Below, piece by piece: positions 30,017-37,030 of a stretch of 64,000 nt of DNA. The notes under the pieces are model-generated. The model saw nothing but the letters and a program-made list of their open reading frames with translations. It was not told the DNA's origin and searched no databases. The stretch comes from an uncultured Planctomycetia bacterium (GTDB taxonomy: Bacteria > Omnitrophota > Gorgyraeia > Duberdicusellales > 4484-171): assembly GCA_964536865.1 (NCBI GenBank), contig CAZHYN010000004.1, forward strand, positions 12,900 through 76,899, in the 5' to 3' direction. The position numbers were made by a program, and so were the translations under genes. Within the stretch, counting starts at the first letter, position 1. The number at the start of each line of letters is the position of its first letter.

Positions 30017-30185
30017 ATTTACTTTATATTATTATCCTACTCCTATTAGTCTTGCTCCTTAACAACTTCTCTCTTCTATTAACTACACGGGAACAACTAA
30101 ATTGAGCTTCGCTGTAATAACAGCGAAAGTTGTTACCGCCACCTCGGCATTTACTTTATATTATTATCCTACTCCTATTAGTTCT
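30000..30185. repeat. ~49-bp direct repeat (30000-30048 and 30137-30185) copying the tRNA-Leu 5' end plus its upstream flank
   Basis: ccgccacctcggcatttactttatattattatcctactcctattagt occurs twice, 137 bp apart. The spacer contains palindrome cgctgtaataacagcg. Confidence 0.85.
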
Positions 30186-30421
30186 GTCTATAGGATTTTT
30201 TCTATTAACTAATAATAACTACTAAATTAGTCTTTACCTCTTGACGGAGAAGACTATTTTTTCTTGGTCTCTATTTCTTTATTTGTTCCGGGAACTTTAA
30301 AATCTTAGCATTAGCAAAATTCTTTGTCAATTGACAATTTTTCTGTTAGATGATATATTTTAGTTTAAAGTTTCTCCCTAAAGTAGACAGAGCATATAGA
30401 TAGATGAGAGAGGCCGTAGTT

Positions 30422-31170
30422 TCCGCCAAAGGCGGACCCACTTATGAGGGGCGATCCTTGATGGGCCATTTAAAAATAAATAAATTTCTTCTTTGGTCAT
30501 ACTCTAGGGGTGACAGCAAGCCGTGTTTAACTACCTCGGATTTACTTATAGGCTTGCGTCAGAGGGGCAGAGCCCCTATGAGGAGCGTAAGCGACAGGGC
30601 CGTAGTTTCCGCCAAAGGCGGACCCGCTTATGAGCGGGCAGCAGGGAGTAAGTTGTCTGCAACGTTAAGTTGCAGTATTCTTAAATATACAACTTCCTCC
30701 ATTGTTTATGATGTTAAAGATAGGCTGTCTCTTTAAAATAGAAGCTAAAGAAAAGTGATGGGGCCGTAGTTCAGCAGGGAGAACGCTACGCTGGCAGCGT
30801 AGAGGTCAGGGGTTCAAATCCCCTCGGCTCCACCAGTTAGATTGTTAAATTCTCATTTTTAGGTGATATAAATGTTTTTATTAATAGATGGTAATTTTTA
30901 AGGTTTTCCAGTAAAATTGCGGGGCCGTAGTTTCCGCCAAAGGCGGACCCGCTTATGAGCGGGCAGCAGGGAGTAAGTTGTCTGCAACGTTAAGTTGCAG
31001 TATTCTTAAATATACAACTTCCTCCATTGTTTATGATGTTAAAGATAGGCTGTCTCTTTAAAATAGAAGCTAAAGAAAAGAGATGGGGCCGTAGTTCAGC
31101 AGGGAGAACGCTACGCTGGCAGCGTAGAGGTCACGGGTTTCCGCCAGAGGCGGACCCGCCTTTAGGCGGG
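30422..31170 (+). repeat. Four copies of a ~31-nt GC-rich double-hairpin mini-element (30422-30451, 30608-30639, 30933-30964, 31140-31170)
   Basis: Consensus tccgccaRaggcgga-cccgcYtWtRaGcggg. Copies 1-3 follow gccgtagtt, a tRNA-Ala 5'-end mimic. Copy 4 lies inside the T-loop of the second tRNA-Ala. Stem 2 shows compensatory T:A to C:G change between copies. Confidence 0.8.
30760..30835 (+). tRNA. tRNA-Ala(GGC) with G3:U70 identity pair; CCA encoded
   Basis: GGGGCCGTAGTTCAGCAGGGAGAACGCTACGCTGGCAGCGTAGAGGTCAGGGGTTCAAATCCCCTCGGCTCCACCA. Anticodon loop CTGGCAG. T arm AGGGG-TTCAAAT-CCCCT. Confidence 0.9.
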
Positions 31171-31191
31171 CAAATCCCGTCGGCTCCACCA
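31085..31191 (+). tRNA. tRNA-Ala(GGC) second copy interrupted by a 31-nt double-hairpin insertion in the T-loop (possible pseudogene, or an intron-like insertion)
   Basis: Identical to copy 1 through the variable loop. Insert tccgccagaggcggacccgcctttaggcggg sits between T-loop TT and CAAAT. T-stem pair 50:64 changed G:C to C:G, which preserves pairing. Confidence 0.6.
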
Positions 31192-31208
31192 GCCAATTCC
31201 TTAAAGAG

Positions 31209-32066
31209 TTGTTAAGGTTAGGTGTTCAAGTTTCAATTGCTGGTGGTATCCATTTCTCCGTAGATAGAGCGTTGAAATTAGGGTGTAATGCTATGCAGAT
31301 ATTCTCTCGTAATCCACGGAAGTTTAGAAAGAGTTTTCTAAAAGTGGAAGATATAGAACTTTTTAAAAAAAAGATCAGTGGTTCTTCTATCTTTCCCCTG
31401 GTTATTCATACTCCTTATACCTTAAATTTAGCTACCCCTCAAAAATTCCTTCATTGGATTACTACTAAGGAGTTTATCGCTGATTTAATAGAGGCAGACA
31501 AGTTAGGCGCTCACTACTTAGTTACTCATCCAGGCTGTTATAAAGGAACTACTAAAGAGGGAGGGTTAAATCAAGTAGTAAAGGGTTTAAGGAGAATATT
31601 GAAAAATACTCAAGAGGTAAAGACAGAGATTCTTTTAGAAAATACTGCAGGGGGTGGCACGTGTCTGGGATCTAAAATTTCTCAGTATAGATTCATATTG
31701 GAAAAGTTGGATTTCACTCCCCGGATAGGTATATGTTTAGATACTGCTCATGCATGGTGTGCAGGTTATAGGATAAATACTCACCAAGGTTTAGAAGAAC
31801 TACTTCAAGAGATAGAAAAAGAGGTAGGTATCCAAAGATTAAAACTTATTCACCTTAATGATACCCTTGAAGAATTGGGTTCAAAGAAAGACCGTCATTA
31901 TCATATTGGGGAAGGTATGATTGGGAGAGATGGTTTTTCTTTGATAGTTAACCATCCTTTTCTTAAGAACTTACCTTTTATTTTAGAGACACCTAAAAAG
32001 AACGATAGGGATGATATAAAGAATTTAAATACTGTAAGAGCACTTTATAGAGATGAATTACTCTAA
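31209..32066 (+). CDS. nfo: Endonuclease IV (AP endonuclease family 2)
   Basis: TIM-barrel xylose-isomerase-like fold. ILLENTAGGG. LGICLDTAHAW. 285 aa. Confidence 0.85.
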   Translation: MLRLGVQVSIAGGIHFSVDRALKLGCNAMQIFSRNPRKFRKSFLKVEDIELFKKKISGSSIFPLVIHTPYTLNLATPQKFLHWITTKEFIADLIEADKLGAHYLVTHPGCYKGTTKEGGLNQVVKGLRRILKNTQEVKTEILLENTAGGGTCLGSKISQYRFILEKLDFTPRIGICLDTAHAWCAGYRINTHQGLEELLQEIEKEVGIQRLKLIHLNDTLEELGSKKDRHYHIGEGMIGRDGFSLIVNHPFLKNLPFILETPKKNDRDDIKNLNTVRALYRDELL

Positions 32067-34509
32067 AGAGATTGACAAAAAGTGGCAAGATTACTGGAAA
32101 GAGATTAGGCTTTTTAACGTTGATGTGAAAGATAAGTCAAAGCCCAAGTATTACTGCCTGGTGATGTTTCCTTATCCTTCCAGTGAGCTTCATGTAGGGC
32201 ATGCACGGAACTATATTATTGGCGATGCTGTAGCTCGGTATAAGATAATGCAGGGCTATAAAGTTTTGTCTCCTATGGGATGGGATGCTTTTGGATTGCC
32301 CGCAGAGAATCAGGCTATAAAACATAATATCCATCCTAAGAAGTGGACATTCGATAATATAAATCGGATTAAAGAGCAACTTAACAGTTGGGGCATTGGT
32401 TACGATTGGGATAAAGAGGTAAATAGTTGCCTCCCTGAGTATTATAGATGGACACAGTGGATTTTTTTAAAACTTTACTCCCAGGGCTTGGCTTATAAGA
32501 AAGAAGCTTCGGTAAACTGGTGCCCCCATTGTTTAACTGTGTTAGCTAATGAGCAGGTAGTTGGAGGAAGGTGTGAGAGATGCTCTTCAGAAGTAGAGCA
32601 GAAAAAATTAAAACAATGGTTCTTTAAAATTACTGATTATGCCGAAAGACTCCTCAAGGATTTAGATTTATTAGAGGATTGGCCAGAGAGAGTTAAGATA
32701 ATGCAAAAGAATTGGATTGGTAGATCTGAGGGGGTAGAGATTTACTTTCCTTTGAAAGATACCCAGCTTAGGATTAACTGTTTTACTACCCGTGTTGATA
32801 CAATCTTTGGAGCTACGTTTTTAGCCTTAAGCTGGGATCATCCTTTTATAGAAGTTCTTCTTCACAATAACCCTAAAAGAGAGGCGATAGTTAACTTTAT
32901 TGAGAAGATTAAAAATCAACCATACTCAATAAGACTTTTGGATAATTTTGAAAAAGAAGGCATTTTTACTGGTAAATTTGCTATTAATCCTATGACTAAT
33001 AAAGAGATTCCTATCTGGGTTGCTAATTATATCCTTTCTGAATATGGTACAGGAGCAATAATGTGTGTGCCTGCTCACGATAAGAGGGATTTTGATTTTG
33101 CAAAGAAATACGGACTTCCCATTGTGGAGGTAATTAGAGATTTTCAGAAGGAGAGGGAAGTTACTTTGGAGGAAGCTTATGAAGGGGAAGGTGTTTTGGT
33201 TAATTCAGGAGAATTTAGTGGGCTTAGTTCTCAACAAGCTAAAGAGAAAATTGCTGATTTTATGGAGGAAAACGATATAGGTAAAAGAAAAATTAATTAT
33301 AAATTGAGAGATTGGCTTATATCTCGACAGCGTTACTGGGGCACCCCCATTCCTATTGTTTACTGTGATAAGTGTGGAGAGGTTCCTGTTCCTGAGGAAC
33401 AACTTCCTGTCCTCCTTCCGGAGAAGGTTAAATTTCTTCCTACCGGGCAGTCACCTCTAACTTATGTGGAAGATTTTATTAAGACTAGTTGTCCTCGTTG
33501 TGGAGGGCCTGCGCTTAGAGAAACTGATACTATGGACACATTCGTGGATTCCAGTTGGTATTATCTCAGATACATCTCTTCCAAAGATGAAAAGTCTCCT
33601 TTTATTAGGGAAGATGTAAATTACTGGTTACCTGTAGACCAATACATTGGAGGAGTAGAACATGCTATTCTACATCTTATGTATGCACGTTTTATCAATA
33701 AGTTCTTTTATGATTTAGGTCTAATAAATTTTAAAGAACCGTTCAGGCGTCTATTTACTCAGGGAATGATTGTAAAAGATGGAGCAAAAATGTCCAAATC
33801 TAAAGGGAATGTGGTTTCCCCCGATTATATTATAGATACCTATGGCGCTGATACTATGAGGCTTTACATCCTTTTTATTGGTCCTCCCCAGAAAGACGCA
33901 GAGTGGCATGATGAGGGGCTTTTAGGCTGTTTTCGATTTATAGGTAGAGTGTTAAGACTTCTGGATTTATTTTCTCAGTATAAAGAAATTGATGTTGATA
34001 AAGATAATCCCCATCAAAAGTTACTCCTTAGAAAAATGCATCACACAATTAAGGAAGTTACCCAAGATTTGGAAGGCAATTTTCAATTTAATACTGCTAT
34101 AAGTAAGATTATGGAATTAGTGAATCAGATATACAAGTCTTTAGATACCGCACAAATCAGTAAAGAGTTATTTCGTCAGGCAATAGATACCGTATTTTTG
34201 CTTTTGGCTCCTTTTACTCCCCATATAAGCGAAGAGGCAAATAAAGCTTTAGGCAATTCCGGTTCTATTTTTCATAGAAATTGGCCTATTTATGAGCCTA
34301 AGTATCTAGAACAGGAGGAGACAGAGATTGCTATTCTTATCGATGGAAAATTGAGAGCTCACCTTAAGATAAATACTACCTGGAGTGAAAAAAAAGTAGT
34401 AGAGGAAGCCCTCTCTTTAGAGAAAGTAAAAAATTATCTTAAAGGCACCCTTCCTAAAAAAACCTTCTACGTAAGAAATAAAGTTCTTAATCTCGTTACT
34501 AAGAAATGA
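32053..34509 (+). CDS. leuS: Leucine--tRNA ligase
   Basis: HIGH motif PSSELHVGHARNY. KMSKS motif KMSKSKGN. CP1 editing domain and zinc knuckles. 818 aa. Confidence 0.95.
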   Translation: MNYSKEIDKKWQDYWKEIRLFNVDVKDKSKPKYYCLVMFPYPSSELHVGHARNYIIGDAVARYKIMQGYKVLSPMGWDAFGLPAENQAIKHNIHPKKWTFDNINRIKEQLNSWGIGYDWDKEVNSCLPEYYRWTQWIFLKLYSQGLAYKKEASVNWCPHCLTVLANEQVVGGRCERCSSEVEQKKLKQWFFKITDYAERLLKDLDLLEDWPERVKIMQKNWIGRSEGVEIYFPLKDTQLRINCFTTRVDTIFGATFLALSWDHPFIEVLLHNNPKREAIVNFIEKIKNQPYSIRLLDNFEKEGIFTGKFAINPMTNKEIPIWVANYILSEYGTGAIMCVPAHDKRDFDFAKKYGLPIVEVIRDFQKEREVTLEEAYEGEGVLVNSGEFSGLSSQQAKEKIADFMEENDIGKRKINYKLRDWLISRQRYWGTPIPIVYCDKCGEVPVPEEQLPVLLPEKVKFLPTGQSPLTYVEDFIKTSCPRCGGPALRETDTMDTFVDSSWYYLRYISSKDEKSPFIREDVNYWLPVDQYIGGVEHAILHLMYARFINKFFYDLGLINFKEPFRRLFTQGMIVKDGAKMSKSKGNVVSPDYIIDTYGADTMRLYILFIGPPQKDAEWHDEGLLGCFRFIGRVLRLLDLFSQYKEIDVDKDNPHQKLLLRKMHHTIKEVTQDLEGNFQFNTAISKIMELVNQIYKSLDTAQISKELFRQAIDTVFLLLAPFTPHISEEANKALGNSGSIFHRNWPIYEPKYLEQEETEIAILIDGKLRAHLKINTTWSEKKVVEEALSLEKVKNYLKGTLPKKTFYVRNKVLNLVTKK

Positions 34510-34826
34510 TTCCCCTTACTTATAGAGAAAGGAAGATTCTTTTGTTAATAGGGGTTCTCCTCCTTTTAGGAGGGATACTAAGACTCTCTAAGATTAGCTA
34601 TCCTTCTTTTGAAGAAGAAAAGCCTACCTCTTTAAAGAAGGTTAATATAAACACTGCTACCTTAGAAGAATTAACTACCCTTCCCTATATAGGAGAAAAA
34701 ATCGCTCTCAGAATTATTAATCATCGCAAACTCCAAGGGGAGTTTAAAAGCTTAGAGGACCTTCTAAAGATTAAAGGGATAGGTCATAAAAAATTAGAGC
34801 TGATTAAGGATTATGTAATCTTTTAA
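34506..34826 (+). CDS. comEA: ComEA-like helix-hairpin-helix DNA-binding protein
   Basis: N-terminal TM anchor. C-terminal tandem HhH (VNINTATLEELTTLPYIGEKIALRII...IKGIGHKKLELI). Confidence 0.8.
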   Translation: MIPLTYRERKILLLIGVLLLLGGILRLSKISYPSFEEEKPTSLKKVNINTATLEELTTLPYIGEKIALRIINHRKLQGEFKSLEDLLKIKGIGHKKLELIKDYVIF

Positions 34827-34838
34827 GACTTTAAGAGT

Positions 34839-36323
34839 TTGCATAATTTCTTCCTCTTTATTTCTTTAATTGTAGGTATCCTTATAGGGCGTGTTGCTAA
34901 AGATTTTTCCCTCTTCATTGTTTTCTTAGCAATCCTTTTCTTCTTTTCTTCTTATTTTTTCCACAGGAAAAATAAACCGATTGCCTGGGGAATTTGTTTT
35001 TTCTTATTTTTTACAGTTTTAGGTACTCTTTGGAGTTTACCTAAATATTTTACTACTCCTGAGGAAGCGTTAGCAAAAAGTAAGAGATTTCATCTCAAGG
35101 TAATATCCTTTCCTAAGAGAGTTTCAATCAAACAAATTTACTTTGCCCAGATATTTAGAGTAGATGACTCTCCCTTTTATCTTAAGACAAGAGTTGTGGA
35201 TTTCTCTCCTCTATCGAAGGAATACTTAAGTAAATATCAAGTGGAAGGAAAACTTTCTCTCCATATCTATAAGGGGAGGAAATTTTATACTCTCTGGATA
35301 AGTAAAGATACTTTCCAACTTAAGTGTAAAGATAAATGGATTGATAATCTTTTAAAAAAGGTAACGTTTTTTTTGACTAACCTCTATAAGTCTAAATTAT
35401 CTGCCCAAGCATATTCTTTTCTCTCTGCAACATTTTTAGGAAGGAGAGAATTACTTCCAAGGAAAGTAAAGAAAATTTTTGCTGCTTCAGGAACCTCTCA
35501 TCTTCTAGCTATAAGTGGATTACATATAGGGATGACAGCTTTGGTATTAATCTACCTTTTAAGATTTTTTAAACTAATCTTTCCTAAAAGGATAGTTATT
35601 TCTATTCTTTTTCTCTTTTTCTACACATTTCTGGTGGGGGCAAGAGCCTCCACTCTAAGGGCTGCTATTATGTATACAATTTTTGGTATAAGTTTTCTTT
35701 TGCAGAGAAAGACTCATCCTCTTAACTCTTTAGGTCTATCTGGAATAATTTCTTTATTCATAAATCCTTTATGGGTTTTTGATGTAGGATTTCAGCTCTC
35801 CTTTATCTCAGTATTGGGAATTATTTTAGGATATAGAACTTTTAGAGTAAGTATATCTTCATCAACTTTTCTGGTTACTTACTTTAAAAACATTCTCTTT
35901 ACTTCTCTATTCGTTTTACTATCTATTGGGGGATTGACTTCTTATTACTTTGGAAAGGTTTATATCTCCAGTATATTGACTAACTGGATTCTAATTCCTC
36001 TTTTTGTATTTATTATCTTTGTTAATTTTCTGTTCATAATTTTATCTTTTTTCCCCTTCTTAGGAGAGTGTATGGGCTCTTTAGTTTCTTTCCTCATCTT
36101 TGGTTTCATAAAGATTGCAAGTTTTCTTTCTTGGTTAAGTAGGATTAATTTGGACTTTTATTTTTCTAGGGAAGGGGTCATCGCCTACTATTTAATTTTA
36201 ACCTCCTTAGGAAGTTTGATGTATAGATTTAGAGGAAAGTTTGGAAAGATTAATTCTGTTTTCAAAAGGCCAGCTTTATGTATAATAAATATAATATGGA
36301 AAAAATTCATAAATCTAAAGTAA
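34839..36323 (+). CDS. comEC: ComEC/Rec2-family competence membrane channel (no metallo-beta-lactamase domain)
   Basis: 494 aa polytopic. Core competence-domain motif AASGTSHLLAISGLHIG. Confidence 0.75.
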   Translation: MHNFFLFISLIVGILIGRVAKDFSLFIVFLAILFFFSSYFFHRKNKPIAWGICFFLFFTVLGTLWSLPKYFTTPEEALAKSKRFHLKVISFPKRVSIKQIYFAQIFRVDDSPFYLKTRVVDFSPLSKEYLSKYQVEGKLSLHIYKGRKFYTLWISKDTFQLKCKDKWIDNLLKKVTFFLTNLYKSKLSAQAYSFLSATFLGRRELLPRKVKKIFAASGTSHLLAISGLHIGMTALVLIYLLRFFKLIFPKRIVISILFLFFYTFLVGARASTLRAAIMYTIFGISFLLQRKTHPLNSLGLSGIISLFINPLWVFDVGFQLSFISVLGIILGYRTFRVSISSSTFLVTYFKNILFTSLFVLLSIGGLTSYYFGKVYISSILTNWILIPLFVFIIFVNFLFIILSFFPFLGECMGSLVSFLIFGFIKIASFLSWLSRINLDFYFSREGVIAYYLILTSLGSLMYRFRGKFGKINSVFKRPALCIINIIWKKFINLK

Positions 36324-36961
36324 TTTTTCTAGAGATCTTAAGAGGAGTACTTCTACCTTTCTTTTTCCTTATTCTCTTAGGAAGTTTATACTCTATCTAT
36401 AGGTACAGATTTGCTAATTCTTTATCTAGTGCTATCCAGAGTCAAATTGTAAAATACATCCGCACTTTTTTTATCGTTAATATTACTTTTCTTTTTCAAA
36501 GAGCAATAGGAGGGGCTTTCTCTTGGTATGAAAAGAAAGTCGCTCCTCAGACAAAGACTCATTTAGATGAGGAATTAATTCCTCTCCTAAGAAGAACAGC
36601 GAAGATTGGACTATGGGTTATCTCCTTACTTATAATTCTACCTCTATTTGGTGTAAACATTACTGCCTTAGTTACTGCTTTAGGAGTGGGTTCCTTAGCT
36701 ATTGCTTTAGCTGCCCAAGATACAATTGCTAATATAATTGCAGGATTTATGATTATGATAGATAGACCTTTTAGGATAGGGGACAGAATAAAATTACCTA
36801 CGGGAGAGATGGTTACTGTCTTAGATATCGGAATAAGACGCTCTAAATTCTCATTGGATGAGCAAGCGATAGTGATCGTTCCTAATTTAGAATTAAGTAA
36901 AAACAAAATTGTGAATTTTACCTATGCTGAGGAGAGGCAAAAAGAGTCTGCTAAGAAATGA
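36278..36961 (+). CDS. mscS: Small-conductance mechanosensitive channel, MscS family
   Basis: TM3 pore helix GVGSLAIALAAQDTIANIIAGFMIMIDRPFRIGDRI. The true start is probably the internal Met (MEKIHKS); the annotated start overlaps comEC. Confidence 0.75.
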   Translation: MYNKYNMEKIHKSKVIFLEILRGVLLPFFFLILLGSLYSIYRYRFANSLSSAIQSQIVKYIRTFFIVNITFLFQRAIGGAFSWYEKKVAPQTKTHLDEELIPLLRRTAKIGLWVISLLIILPLFGVNITALVTALGVGSLAIALAAQDTIANIIAGFMIMIDRPFRIGDRIKLPTGEMVTVLDIGIRRSKFSLDEQAIVIVPNLELSKNKIVNFTYAEERQKESAKK

Positions 36962-37030
36962 AACAACTAATAGGAAAGATTTAGTTTTTAGAAGAATAAA
37001 GAGAGACATTTAGGAGGTTTAGTTTTTCCT

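Larger units (their letters stand above)
30597..31191 (+). repeat. Tandem duplication (period 324 bp) of a unit made of a 164-bp leader followed by tRNA-Ala
   Basis: Unit 1 (30597-30835) and unit 2 (30921-31191) are near-identical, except for a 31-nt insertion and two point changes in the unit-2 tRNA. The leader begins with a tRNA-Ala 5'-end mimic and contains perfect hairpin ctgcaac-gttaa-gttgcag. Confidence 0.85.

Noticed and set aside
29808-30062. 84-aa plus-strand ORF (MPRAGVVTNS...)
   Set aside because: It lies across the minus-strand tRNA-Leu and its repeat fragments. It has no RBS and its composition comes from the tRNA sequence, so it is spurious.
30597-30835. tmRNA (ssrA) hypothesis for the tRNA-Ala-like 5' fragment plus leader plus tRNA-Ala
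   Set aside because: A G3:U70 Ala-like acceptor occurs at both ends, as in tmRNA. However the 3' part is a complete canonical tRNA-Ala(GGC) with its anticodon arm. No tag-peptide reading frame ending in ...AA-stop is present. The length of about 240 nt is too short. smpB is not adjacent.
29482-31208. CRISPR array in the repeat-rich spacer
   Set aside because: The repeats are irregular in length and spacing (43, 49 and 324 bp units plus 31-nt hairpins) and are derived from tRNA sequence. There is no constant-length repeat-spacer periodicity and no cas genes.
30404-31215. ORFs 30404-30736 (110 aa) and 31027-31215 (62 aa)
   Set aside because: They read through the tandem tRNA-Ala repeat units and the double-hairpin elements. 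They are Gly/Arg/Ala-rich because of the GC hairpins and are not coding.
33205-33402. Numerous 60-130 aa minus-strand ORFs inside large plus-strand genes (for example 529-732, 5334-5579, 9704-10090, 19786-20190, 21809-22138, 36559-36906, 44188-44529)
   Set aside because: They are antisense to well-supported conserved genes and lack RBSs. Their low-complexity Ser/Leu/Phe-rich composition is typical of shadow ORFs in AT-rich DNA.
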